Shown piece by piece: positions 13,801 through 25,816 of a stretch of 64,000 nt of DNA. The stretch comes from Mobula hypostoma (lineage: Eukaryota). Location of the stretch: assembly GCF_963921235.1 (NCBI RefSeq), contig NC_086097.1:43712001-43776000 (forward strand). Reading direction: 5' to 3'. The notes under the pieces were generated by a model. That model did no database searches. It was not told where the DNA came from and saw only the letters and a program-made list of their open reading frames with translations. The position numbers and the translations under genes were made by a program. Position 1 is the first letter of the stretch. Every line of letters begins with the position of its first letter.

Positions 13801-15384
13801 CAGCAGTTATCAGATGAAAACATTGTAGCAATTGACGAGCTTTTTTTAAAAACAATCTTTATCTTTAAGTTGCCAAAAATATGGAGCAGATATGTCTATA
13901 TTTTTCAGAGTTTGATGAAATGTCAGCTTGATAAATTAACTGCTTCTCTCTCACAACAGATGAAAACTAACTTGCTGAGCATTTCTTGGATTTTGGTCAT
14001 AATTTCTGCTCCTTTTTATTAACTGTAAATGTTCTGAAATTGTAACAAAGCTTTTCGCAGCTACTATTGAACAAGAGGTCCAGAAGCCTGAAGTCCCACC
14101 TCATCAGGTTCAAGAACAGCTACTTCCCTTCAACCATTTGGCTGAGCCACTGACAAAACCCTAACCACTGCAGTTTACCAACACTATGACCATATGCATA
14201 CAATGGAGTTAATTTTGTTTGTTCCAATTTTGCTCTTTCTTGTAAAAATGTGGATAATTTGTTTTTCTTGTGAATGCTGCTTATATGCTGCTATGCGCTT
14301 GGGATGCTGCTGCAAGTATATTTTTTACTGCACTTACGCAACTTACAACAACACTTTCATTGTCTCTACAACACAGCAAACTTACAGTAGTCACGAATTA
14401 CAAATTACTCCATCATCTGCACAATTAGTCTATATTCAAGGGAAAAAAATAACTTGGGATACCATGCTGTACCAGAGCAGCCTCTTGCTCTAAGACTTGT
14501 AGGGTTACACCCTAAACATAATTTCCAGATTTGCGCTTGAATTCAGAATATTCTTGGCTGAGGAAATACTGTAAAGCTATGTGTTAATTTTGAATTAAAA
14601 CCACTACAAATTCCAAACACAGATTAGGTTATCCCTTAGCACCCCTTGAATGACGAAATAAAACTTGTGTACCAGCTGTATAAACCTAGATATCTGAATT
14701 TTGGCTTAGTAGTATACAAATCATTCCGCAAAAATCCATCAGTATTATCAAACACAAAATATTTGTCTGAAAAAACTATAGGTTCTAATGTTCCTTTCCA
14801 CAGTAAGAACTTCTAAAGGACAAATTAAAAGTTGAAGGTTACAAATCTTAACTTTTCCCTTAGAAGTCTTTGCAGGGTTGAGTTAATTAAATCTAATACT
14901 TCAGGACAGCAAGCAGAAGAAATTGTGTTTAGTAATAAGTCTCTATAGAAAGATTTTAATACATTTCCCGCCCAAATTCGATGTAGGTGTCACCTCCTCA
15001 CGATGAAGATTATAGACCCAATTTAAAAACATCACAGTACTTATAACTATAAATGAAAACGTTTTGAAGTGTACTTTCAATTAAAATGGAATCAAAAATT
15101 AGGAATCAACTTTGTTAAGGAGTGCAAATACTAAGAGAAGCTTTAAAATATTTGTTAATTATTACAGAGACAACATTTCTAAAGTTTAAAAAAAAAGCAG
15201 AATAGCTATCACGGTGCAAATCAAGTTAGTACTCGTCGATTCTCTTAACATTCACAGAACTAGGTAGAGTTTTTTTTGGGAAAAGAAACCGAGGTGGATT
15301 TAACCGAAAATGCAATATGTGAAATACACAAGGAGCCACAAGTTATTGAAAAGCAACCTCCCAGCCCCCATCTCAATTTATCTT

Positions 15385-15500
15385 GAAAGCCGATGACCTC
15401 ACTTCCTTTGACATCAGCGTGCGTTGCTGGGGGATGGGACCAGAACCGTGACAGCGACAGTGGGAAGCAGCAAACTCAGATTCCAGCTAGGTATGAAATG
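15385..15500. promoter_or_regulatory. Candidate intronic enhancer about 300 bp downstream of the alternative first exon
   Basis: Tightly packed TGACCTCA (15394-15401), ETS-type CACTTCCT (15400-15407) and TGACATCA (15409-15416) in a locally GC/CpG-richer, non-repetitive patch. Function is inferred only. Confidence 0.35.
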
Positions 15501-15725
15501 CTCCAATGGACCGCAGCAGTTTTACCAATCCTACATTTGCAGATTTTTTTTTCAAAAAAAAGATTTGTTCGTTTATTTTAAAGCAACAAAATGCTTACGG
15601 AGTAGTAGTTTTAATAAACCTATAAGACAGCGCTTCTTTAAATTTCAAATCTCACCTCACAAAAGCTTTGCACAAACAGATAAGCAAGCGCAGGATTCCA
15701 CTGCTGCACACACATTTCAACCCAC

Positions 15726-15819
15726 CTCGAAAGTGTAGAAGGCCCGTGGGCTGGAAAGGCCCATTGGATCCAGCTGCATCTACCACCATCCTGCTACCAG
15801 CTCTGTTACATGTCAACAT
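15726..15819 (-). CDS. PPP2R5C: Alternative first coding exon of PP2A B56-gamma regulatory subunit (short N-terminus isoforms)
   Basis: Manual minus-strand translation from ATG at 15819 gives [31 protein letters not shown] plus one G (94 nt), followed by a GT donor (gtggg, 15725-15721). An in-frame TAG immediately precedes the ATG. The peptide closely matches the recalled mammalian B56-gamma N-terminus [31 protein letters not shown]. The phase-1 end fits a following GAT (Asp) of the shared DVPP exon, which was not found in this window. Confidence 0.93.
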
Positions 15820-16030
15820 CTAGCCTATGCCAGCAGAACAAGCTGTCTCTTAGGGCTAGAAACCAGCCTCCATTTTAGCACAATACACTTAGAAAATGAA
15901 GCTACCCAACGAAGGGAAGAGGCTAGTTAGTGATGTCAGCACCTAGCAGAAAGCTGATTGGGTAATAATGACTACATAAAATGACAAGCAAACTGCAAAT
16001 AGAAAAGCATTTCTGATTGGCCCTGTATTA
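15820..16030 (-). promoter_or_regulatory. Putative internal promoter/5'UTR of the short PPP2R5C isoform
   Basis: Directly upstream of the MLTCN exon are two minus-strand CCAATCAG boxes (ATTGG at 15957-15961 and 16016-16020) and a CRE-like TGACATCA (15931-15938). No transposon is recognisable here. The TSS cannot be determined from sequence. Confidence 0.6.
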
Positions 16031-17346
16031 AGACTGTAAATTGATCAGATTACTGTTCAATTCTATTCGTTCTCCAGGTTTAAAATAAAGTTTGCAATAG
16101 CTTTAAAAACTTCTGTAAGCCTTTTCGAATTTTTGCTTTAATTCCCTCCCCCATCTCTAATTAAAAGCAAATCAATTTCACATTAATGACTCCCTTCATT
16201 AGAAACACCGGACATTTGCCCTATTCCAAATTACCCTAATCCTTCGGTGAGCAAGATTTCGTCATTATGATGTTTATTACAAAAAAAAAGATGCTGGCCT
16301 AAATTCAAGATCTGAATCTGTTATGGTTTTTCAAAAACTTTGGTTTAATATATTTTTGTTTTGTTTTTAATTACTGAGAATAAAAGGTTTAATTTATTCA
16401 TCAAGTCAGACATCACAAATGTCACTTACAAAATACTGTAAATAATCTAGAATAGAAATAATAGTGCATGAATGAGGGTGAGAGTGAGAAAGACAAAAAG
16501 AGAAAACCACTTTCATAATAATGGAACTAATATTATAGAAGATGTTATTAATTAGTTATTACTTCTATAGAAGTATGAAAAAAACTAGTTTGTATTATGC
16601 TTTAACTTAAAACTAAGGATCAATTTACAAACTCAGCTTTAGGATTGCAAATTTCAAATATTTTTAACAATTGGCTGAAAAGATCATTCTACTTTTTTTT
16701 GTAATTCTACAGCAAATCCCAATAACATGGCTTACATGGTCAAAAATAAAAGAGGGCATAAATGTCACAAGTTTTGACAAACTTTGGCATTTTCATTTAT
16801 CATCTTTGGCGTTCCTTTAAAGCCCTCCCTAATTCCAACCCTAACAAAGCTTTTGATCAGCACTGTCTTTACAACTTTCAAGATGTTGTAAAGATATTTT
16901 ATCTCATTATCACATTATATCTCCATGATTCATTACATCCCTGCCTTCTAGCCTTTCCTAGATTTATACTTAAACAACAAATCTATTTTTAAATTCTCAT
17001 GCCTGTTTCCAAATTTCCGTATACCCTTTTCCTAGCTCTCTCCAAACTCCTTCATGCCTAAAACGTTCTAAGGTACTGGCACTCATCCAAAACAAAAACC
17101 TGGTCAATATCATATGACTTCTTGTGAGTGTTCTTTGCATGTGAAGAACTGGTAACATCTTTCTAAGTCAGGATAATGTAAACCTTGGATGCAAAGCTGT
17201 AGGTGGTAGTGATCTCTTGACCCTGCTGCCCTTTTTTTTTCTTAGTAGTTAAAAAGTTGTAGGTTTGGGAGGTAACTGCAGTAGGCTTTGCAGATAAAGC
17301 CATCGTGTTCTGGTGGTCAAAGGAATGAATGTTAGGGTGATTAGTA

Positions 17347-17415
17347 CAGTACTGTGCAAAAGTCTTAGGCACAGATCTATATAGCTAGGATACCCAAAAC
17401 TTTTGCACAGTACTG
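17347..17415. mobile_element. Tiny Tc1-like MITE/hairpin
   Basis: Perfect 16-bp terminal inverted repeat CAGTACTGTGCAAAAG, with TA on the left. A more decayed copy lies at about 17827-17896. Confidence 0.7.
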
Positions 17416-19534
17416 CATTTGTCAATGTGTAGTGGAAAGCAAGTTTGTATATGTGCTGGGAGCAAAGGATGTTGGGAATGGCAAGGGTGCAGCATTGCAG
17501 AAAAGATTTGGGATAAGTGGCAGAGGAGTGCCAGGGGCCAGGGTGGCGTGGATGCAGACACACCCAGCCCTGAAACACCAGGTAATATCATATGATTCCA
17601 AATAATTGGTTCATTGATCATTACAGAATGTCTTTCTGATGCTTCCCGCTCTCTCCCCTCTCCATTTCTCTTTTCCCAAACATGATTCCCCTCCGCCTGC
17701 CCCCTTCTGACTCTGTGCACAAAAGAGACCCATATCAGAACCAGATTTATCACTCAGATTTATGTGAGTAATTAGTTTTTAGCTTTTTTTTGTGGCAGCA
17801 ACACAATGGAGTACATAAAATTACTGCAGTTCTGTGCAAAACTCTTAGGCGCACTAACTATATACATGTGTCCAAGACTTTTGCACTTACTTACTGTAGG
17901 ACATCAATCAAATGGAATGCTTTGCTTTGGGGTGGTGAACTCATCCAGGCAAGTAGAAAGAATTCCATCACACCCAGGATTTTTGTCTTGTAGGCAATAG
18001 GACTGTCGTGAGTTATGTACTACAGAATAAGCAGTCTTTGACCTGCTCATGTAATTATGATGCTTGAGGGTAGAGCAGTTGAGTTTCTTATCATTACAGA
18101 CTCCCAGGATACTAATAGAAGATAACTCAGTGATAATAATGCCATTGATTGTTATTGAAGTGTCATTGAGATGGTTGGACTCCCTCATGATGGAGATAGC
18201 ATTTTGACGTGCAAATGTTACTTGCAATGAAAATGGTTGGACCTAGGACACTGCCCCAAGGAACTCCTGTAATGATGGTCTGGGGCTGGGATGACTGATC
18301 TTCAACTATCACAACTAGCTTCCTCTGTGAAGAGTAATGAAATATTTCATGGAGTTTCCCTTATGACACTCAGGGTTCATTGTTGCTGCACTTGTCAAAT
18401 GATGCCTTGATGTCAATGGCAGTCCTCTCACCTCATCTGTGGTATTTCACTTTGTCCATGTTTACACAAAGGTTGTGATAAGGCTTTGTGGTCCTGCGTC
18501 TGTGAGCCCTGCAGTCTAGTTTCATTCGGGTAGTACATCATTACTTTTCGGTGTGCCCTGTGCTGCACCATTTTGCACTCGTTGAATCAACATTGATAGC
18601 CTGGCCTAACAGTAATTACAGAGCTGGAACTGGAATGTGAATTGGTTTATTATTGTCACAGGTGCCGAGATACAGATAAAGTCATTGCATCATCCATTGA
18701 AGTAGAATGAGGTAAAACAATAATAATGCAGAATAAAGTATAACAATTACAGAGAAAGTGTGGTGTAGGTAAACAATAAGGTGCAAGATCATAACGAGAT
18801 AGATTGTGAGATCTAATAATTATGTAGAAGCTGTCATTGAGGCTTTATGATATATGTTGAGGCAAGAGGTTACAGATTCAACAATGCCCATCTGTTTTGA
18901 GACCATGCCATTTATTAAGCTCGTAGCACCACACAACATAATGTCCTCAGTGTGTCCTCTCTCTTCCCAATAGAAAAAAGTCAGCACAGCATCATTGGCT
19001 AAAGGGCCTACTGTGCTGTAATGTTCTGTGTTCAGTACTGCACTTGACTGATACATATGCCACACAAAATATAAATTTACAAAGACAAGGTCAACAGGAT
19101 TATCTCACCAAGTCTGACCATTTTACCTTTCAAGACTTAGGCAACCTGGTCTGTGGTGCTACCAAGACATTTTTGGTGGTAGACATGAAAGTTTACCCCC
19201 ACAAGTACATTCAGTGCCCTGTTACATTCATTCTTCAATATGGAGGAACATTAATTCATCATCTGACAGATATTGTAATTATGATGAAATTTCTTTGCTC
19301 AGATCAGATCTGATGCCATTAGAGTTCCTGGGCTCTGGAGTAGATGTTGAGAATTTCAAAAGCTACTCCGTCCTACATTTCTTCCATGCTGGGTCTGTCC
19401 TGCAGGTGAGACAAGTTGTACCCAGGCATTAGGGAGGAGTTGCTTACCACCTTGTTTGCAAGGTGTGATTTTGTAAGTAGGACTATATCAGACTGTTATT
19501 TGACTAGTCTGTTGTATATCTCTTCTAATTTAGG

Positions 19535-20372
19535 CACCAACAGTGGGAACAGTTGGGGGCGGGGGGGGGCTCATAACCAACAACAATGAGGTGGCCTACA
19601 GAGAGGAGGTGGAAGAGCTCATGGTCTGGTGCCAAGCAAATAACCTCTTCCTCAACATCAAGACTGAGGAGATAGTTATCGACCAGGAAAACTCACACCA
19701 CATCGACGGCACAGCTGTGGAAACTGAACAGTTTCCAACTCATAGGAGTGCACATCTTATAAAAACCCTCATGGTTCCAGAACACAACTTCGACCGTCAA
19801 GAAAGCTGAACAGAGTTGAACTATGCACATCAATACTTACGACCTTCTACGGATGCTCAGTCAAGAGCATCCTTATATGTAGTGTGACTGTGTGGTATGG
19901 AAACCGCACTTTAGGGGACAGGAACAACAGTAAGTTAAAACTGTCCAATGCACCACTGGCACCATCCTACAAACCATCAAGGACATATATACAGAAAAAG
20001 GCAAGTCACATTGTGAAGGATTCCACCTATCCTCCTTATGGATTGTTTGTCCCACTCTCATCAGGGAAGAGGCTAAACAGCATCCATGCTAGGACCACTG
20101 CACTCAAAGACAATTACTTCCCCAAGCAGTCACTCATCAACACCTCCACCCATTTACCCAACCCACTACCACTACATCCACATCATCCACTCCTCTCCAC
20201 ATCTCCTTCAGCCACCCCCCTCCAAATGCACTGCCACTTTACTTGTACGTTGTGTTTTATAAGTAATAAAAAAATCATATTTGTGTTTTTAATGCTGCAA
20301 TGGATCTGGAGTAACAATCATTTAATTCTCCAGTATACTGTGTACTCAAGAATGGCAATAAACAATCTTGAA
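19535..20372 (+). mobile_element. Rex1/Babar- or L2-like LINE 3' fragment
   Basis: Peptides GLITNNNEVAYREEVEELMVWCQANNLFLN..KT.EIVID and TVWYGN...HGLFVPLSSGKR...RTT.LKDNYFP are typical of the RT C-terminus of this clade. It ends in aataaacaatcttgaa. Confidence 0.75.
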
Positions 20373-21874
20373 ATATCCATCCTCCCTCCCCCCAAAAACA
20401 AAACTGGTGAACCAAATAGACTTTTAATAACAAGCCACTAGTTTTTCCAAACTCATTAATATCAAGATTAGTTTTATTCCTCCAAATTCCAGATACTTAA
20501 ACAAATCTAAAACCTCACAGCTGCCACATTGGTTTTCAACAGCTGCCAAGGTGGTTTTTGAACACTGATCTCTGCACTGTTTGTCTAGTTTTCTGAATTG
20601 GTAGCCTGCAGCTAAATTCTTGCACCATAAAGCTACTCATGCTGAGTACTATTCAATTCATTTGGAGAAAGTAACAGAATAGAGTGTTCTATTTATCTTT
20701 GGTGATCTGAAATTCTGTTTTGAATCTTTTAATACCAAAAAGCATGATACTTTAAGCTATCTAGCCAAATAGAAAGACAGATAGACATTGGCTACTTGCT
20801 GCAGAATTCCTAGTCTCTGAAACTGCTATTGTAACCACATTGTGCATACGGCTACACTAATTTCAAGTCAATGCCAACCCCCAGGATATTGATGGTGGTG
20901 GGGACTCAGTAATGGTAACACTATTGAATGTCAGGGTGAAGCTGGATTTTCCCCTATTGAATATTATCATTGCCTGGAATTTCTGTGGCATGAATATTAC
21001 TTGTCACTTTTCAGCCCATGCCTGGATATTATCCAGCTCTTGCTGCATATGGATGTGGGCTGCTTTTGACGAAGTGAGAATGGTGCTGAACATTGTGAAA
21101 TCAAAGCATAGACCTACTTCAGATCTTTCAACTAAAGCAGGGCCCTTAACAAAGTAGCTGAAGATGGTTGGGCATAGGACACTACACTGAGAAACTCCTG
21201 CAGGGGTGTCCTGTGGCTGAGATGATTGACCTTCAACCACCAACATTACCATCCGATGTTAGTTAGGATTCTAACCAAAACATGTTTTTTCCCTTCAGAT
21301 TCCCATTAATTCCACAGTGGATTAAATACTGCTATTATGTCAAGGGTCGTCACTCTCACTTCAACCCCACAATGACAGCAATAACAGGAATGCTCTATGT
21401 ACAGGTAACCAGACTCTTGCTGGCTTACTAAGTTTGTGTCTTGTTAAATAAAAGTAAAAATACATTTGTTCAACTGGAGTTATTCTCAACACTCATTTAA
21501 ATAACCAATGTCCACAATCTCTTGCCAAATTTTACTTTATCAATATTCTTGAGGCAGAATATAAAGCAAGGTATATTTAATAAAACAATAGCTTAAATGA
21601 CATACGTGATTATTTGGATATATTCCAAGTAAACAAAATTGCAAAACATTTGCTAGACCTGTTCTCCATATGGGATAGGAAGGAAGACACACGTACAGTT
21701 CCTAAACACTCGACCTCCAAGGGCATGGCTCAGTTTAAGAAACAGTTTTGTTATTTGTTCTTAGAATATGGCAAGGTGTTATTTAGAATTATTTTAAATT
21801 ATTCATATATCAGTGTAGCTTATTTCCCTAAATAGCACCGGTGAAACATTTAGAGCTTTAACCATTATCACATT

Positions 21875-22045
21875 ATTTCTACATTCTTCCCATGACTGGG
21901 TGGGTTTCCTCCAGGTGCTCCGGTTTCCTCTCACATTCCAAAAATGTATGGGTTAGTATTAATTGGTCACATGGGTATAATTGAGTGGTAAAGGCTTATT
22001 GGGATAGAAAGGCCTGTTACAGTATTGTATTGCGAAATAAATAAT
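21875..22045 (+). mobile_element. V-SINE (HE1-like) fragment
   Basis: Contains GTGGGTTTCCTCCAGGTGCTCCGGTTTCCTCTCACA, the conserved V-domain core, followed by an (aaat)n tail. Confidence 0.7.
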
Positions 22046-22956
22046 CTCTTTTGCCTACAATAGCCATATCCCTCCATTCTCTGCATGTGCATAGTCATAG
22101 AATACTGTATAGAAACAAGCCCTTTGGCCCATCTAGTCCATGCCTAACCATTAATCTGACTAGTCTCATCGACCTGCACCAACCATAGCCCTCCATATCC
22201 CTCCCATCCATGTACCTATCCAAATTTCTGTGAAGAAATCGATCACGCATCCATAACTTGTGCTGACAGCTTGTTCTACTCTCACCACCCTGAGTGAAGA
22301 TTTCCCCTCATGTTCCCCTTGAATGTTTCACCTTTTACCCTTAACGCACGACCTCTAGTTCGAGTCACACCCAACCTCAGTGGAAAAAGCCTGCTTGCAT
22401 TTACCCATCTATACCACTCAATTTTGTATAGCTCTATCAAATCTCCTACATCTCAGGGAATAAAGTCCTAACCTATTCAACCTTTCCCTGTAACTCAGGT
22501 TCTTAAGCCCTGGCAGCCACCTTGTCAATTTTCTCTGCATTCTTTCAATCTTATTTACATTTATCCTGTAGGTAGGTGACAAAAACTGGACACAATACTC
22601 CAAGTTAGGCCTCACCAACATAATCTTCAATTTCAATATAACATCTCAACTCCTGTACTCAATATATTGATTTAGGAAGCCAATGTGCCAAAAGCTTTCT
22701 TTAAGACCCTATCTACCTATGACACCACTTTCATTAAACTCCATCATTTTTTTTACCCCCAACCCATTTTTCCAGCTGGTCCAGATCCTACTGAAAGCTT
22801 TGATAGCCTTCCCCACGGTCCACTTCTCACCCATTCTTGGTGTCATCTGCAAATTTGCTGATCCAGTTTACCACAATGTCATCCAGAACATTGACGTAGA
22901 TGACAAACAACTGACCCAGCAATGATCCCTGTGGGACTCCACTAGTAACAGGCATC

Positions 22957-25134
22957 TAGAAACATAGAAAATAGGTGCAGGAGTAGGCCATTCAGCCCTT
23001 CGAGCCTGCACCGACATTCAGTATGATCATGGCTGATCATCCAACTCAGAACCCTGTACCTGTCTTCTCTCCATACCCCCTGATCCCTTTAGCCACAAGG
23101 GCCATATCTAACTCCCTCCTAAATATAGCCAATGAACTGGCCTCAACTGTTTCCTGTGGCAGAGAATTCCACAGATTCACCACTCTCTGTGTGAAGGAGT
23201 TTGTCCTCATCTCGGTTTTAGAAGGCTTCCCCTTTATCCTCAAACTGTGACCCCTCTGGACTTCCCCAACATCGGGAACAATCTTCCTGCATCTAGCCCG
23301 TCCAATCCCTCTCGAATTTTATACGTTTCAATCAGATCCCCCCCCCCAATCTTCTAAATTCCAGAGAGTATAAGCCTAGCCGATCCAGTCTTTCATCATA
23401 TGAAAATCCTGCTATCCCAGGAATCAATCTGGTGAACCCTCTTTGTACTCCCTCTTTGGCAAGAATGTCTTTCCTCAGATTAGGGGACCAAAACTGCACA
23501 CAATACTCCAGGTGTGGTCTCACCAAGGCCTTGTACAACTGCAGTAGTACCTCCCTGCTCCTGTACTCGAATCCTCTTGCTATGAATGCCAGCAGACCAT
23601 TCGCCTTTTTCACCGCCTGCTGTACCTGCATGCCCACTTTCAATGACTGGTGTACAATGACACCCAGGTCTCATTGCACCTCCCCTTTTCCTAATCGGCC
23701 ACCATTCAGATAATAATCTGTTCTCCTGTTCTTGCCACCAAAGTGGATAACCTCATGTTTTAGATTATGAAGACACACAGTCCTCTTTTATTGTCATTTA
23801 GTAATGCATGCATTAAGAAATGATACAATATTTCCTCCGGTGTGATATCACAAAACACAGGACAAACCAAGACTGCAAAAAACTAACAAAACCACATAAT
23901 TATAACATATAGTTACAACAGTGCAACAATACCATAACTTGATGAAGAAGTCCATGAGCACAGTAAAAGTTCAAAGTCTCTCAAATGTCCCACATCTCAC
24001 GCAGACGGGAGAAGTAAGAAAAACTCTCCCAGCCATGCCCGACCACAGTCCGACTCTGAGCCATCCGAAAACTTCAAGTTCTGATCAGCTCTCCGACACC
24101 GAGTACTGAGCGCCATCTCTATCCGAATGATTTGACCTTCATCTCGGTCGCCAACAGCAGGCAAAGCCGGGGATTTTGAGGCCTAACCTCCGAAAGATTC
24201 CTGACCGCGCAGTAACGACAGCAGCAAACGAGCATTTCAGAAATTTTTCCAGATGTTCCTCTGTGCTTTCATGTCCATCTCCATCAAATCAGAATTGTCC
24301 ATGGCCCCCATTTAACAGATACGATATCATTTTTCACCGGAGGGCTGCACACGCGTGGCGTGCTGCTTCTCTCTCCTCCCGTCGATTAATTTTATCCACA
24401 TTAAATTGCATCTGCCATGAATTTGCCCACTCACCTAACCTACTCAAGTCACCCTGCATCCTCTTAGCATCCTCCTCACAGCTAACACTGCCGTGCTCCG
24501 TGTCATCTTCAAACTTGGAGATGCTGCATTTAATTCCCTTGTCCAAGTCATTAATATATATTGTAAACAACTGGGGTCCCAGCACTGAGCCTTGCGGTAC
24601 CCCATTCGTCACTGCCCGCCATTCTGAAAAGGTCCCGTTTATTCCCACTCTTTGCTTCCTGTCTGCCAACCAATTCTCTATCCACATCAATACCATACCC
24701 CCAATACCGTGTGCTTTGAGTTTGCACACTAATCTCCTGTGTGGGACCTTGTAAAAAGCATTTTGAAAATCCAAATATACCACATCCACTGGTTCTCCCC
24801 TATCCACTCTACTAGTTACATCCTCAAAAAATTCTATGAGATTCGTCAGACATGATTTTCCTTTCACAAATCCATGCTGACTTGGTCCGATGATTTCACC
24901 GCTTTCCAAATGTGCTGTTATCACATCTTTGATAACTGACTCCAGCATTTTCCCCACCACCGATGTCAGGCTTACCGGTCTATAATTCCCCAGTTTCTCT
25001 CTCCCTCCTTTTTTAAAAAGTGGGGTTACATTAGCCACCCTCCAATCCTCAGGAACTAATCCAGAATCTAAAGAGTTTTTAAAAATTATCACTAATGCAT
25101 CCACTATTTCTTGGGCTACTTCCTTAAGCACTCT
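22957..25134 (-). mobile_element. Younger 5'-truncated CR1 LINE nested in the older CR1
   Basis: ORFs 24334-25131 (RT), 23332-23643 and 23046-23243. The 3' tail (ttctatgtttcta) is at 22957. TCTAG is shared at both junctions. Confidence 0.9.
23756..24388 (-). mobile_element. Unclassified non-coding insertion of about 630 bp inside a CR1 RT
   Basis: Interrupts the CR1 sequence ggataacctca|atttatccac. It is GC/CpG-rich at one end and has an AATAAAAG-containing LINE-like tail at the other. No coding homology or clear TSD was recognised. Confidence 0.6.
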
Positions 25135-25816
25135 CTAGTCAGAGAGGCAACTATCTGCAACCACTTTCTGGTTTCTTCTGCAAATCCAATGTATAATCCA
25201 ATTTACTACCTCTTCTTGCATGCCAAGCAACTGAATCTTCTTGACTGACCTCACAGGTGAGAGCTTGTCAAAGCCCTTGCTAAAGTACATGTATTCAATA
25301 TCCACTGCCTTGCTATCATAAACTTCCCCGGTTACTTCCTTGAAAAACTCTGATTGATTACAGAGACATGACTTAACATGCATAAAGTCATGTTGATTAT
25401 CCCTAACCAGTCCTTGTCTATCCAAATACTCATATATCCAGTCCTTTAGAATACCTAATAACTTTCCAACTACTGATGTTAGGCTCGCCAGCTGAGAATT
25501 TCCTGGCTTGTTCTTAAAACTTTTCTTAAACAATGGAACAAAATTAGCTCTCTTTTTTCTTAAACAGGCCCTCAATATCGCACAAAACCCAAGGCTCCCT
25601 AAACCTGTTATCCTTGCATTTTATTCTGACAGGAACATACAAAGTGTGTACTATCAAAATTTCACTTCTTGAAGATCTCCCACTTACCAAGTACACCTTT
25701 GCCAGAAAACAACCTGTCCCAATCCACACTTGCCAGATCTTTTCTGATATCGTCAAAATTGGCCCTTCTCCAATTTAGAATCTCAACCCATGGACTAGAC
25801 CTATCCTTTTCCATAA

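Noticed and set aside
15393..15738. Plus-strand ORFs of 62 and 104 aa near the promoter
   Set aside because: No recognisable homology or splice structure. They overlap the minus-strand exon donor and regulatory region and are likely chance ORFs.
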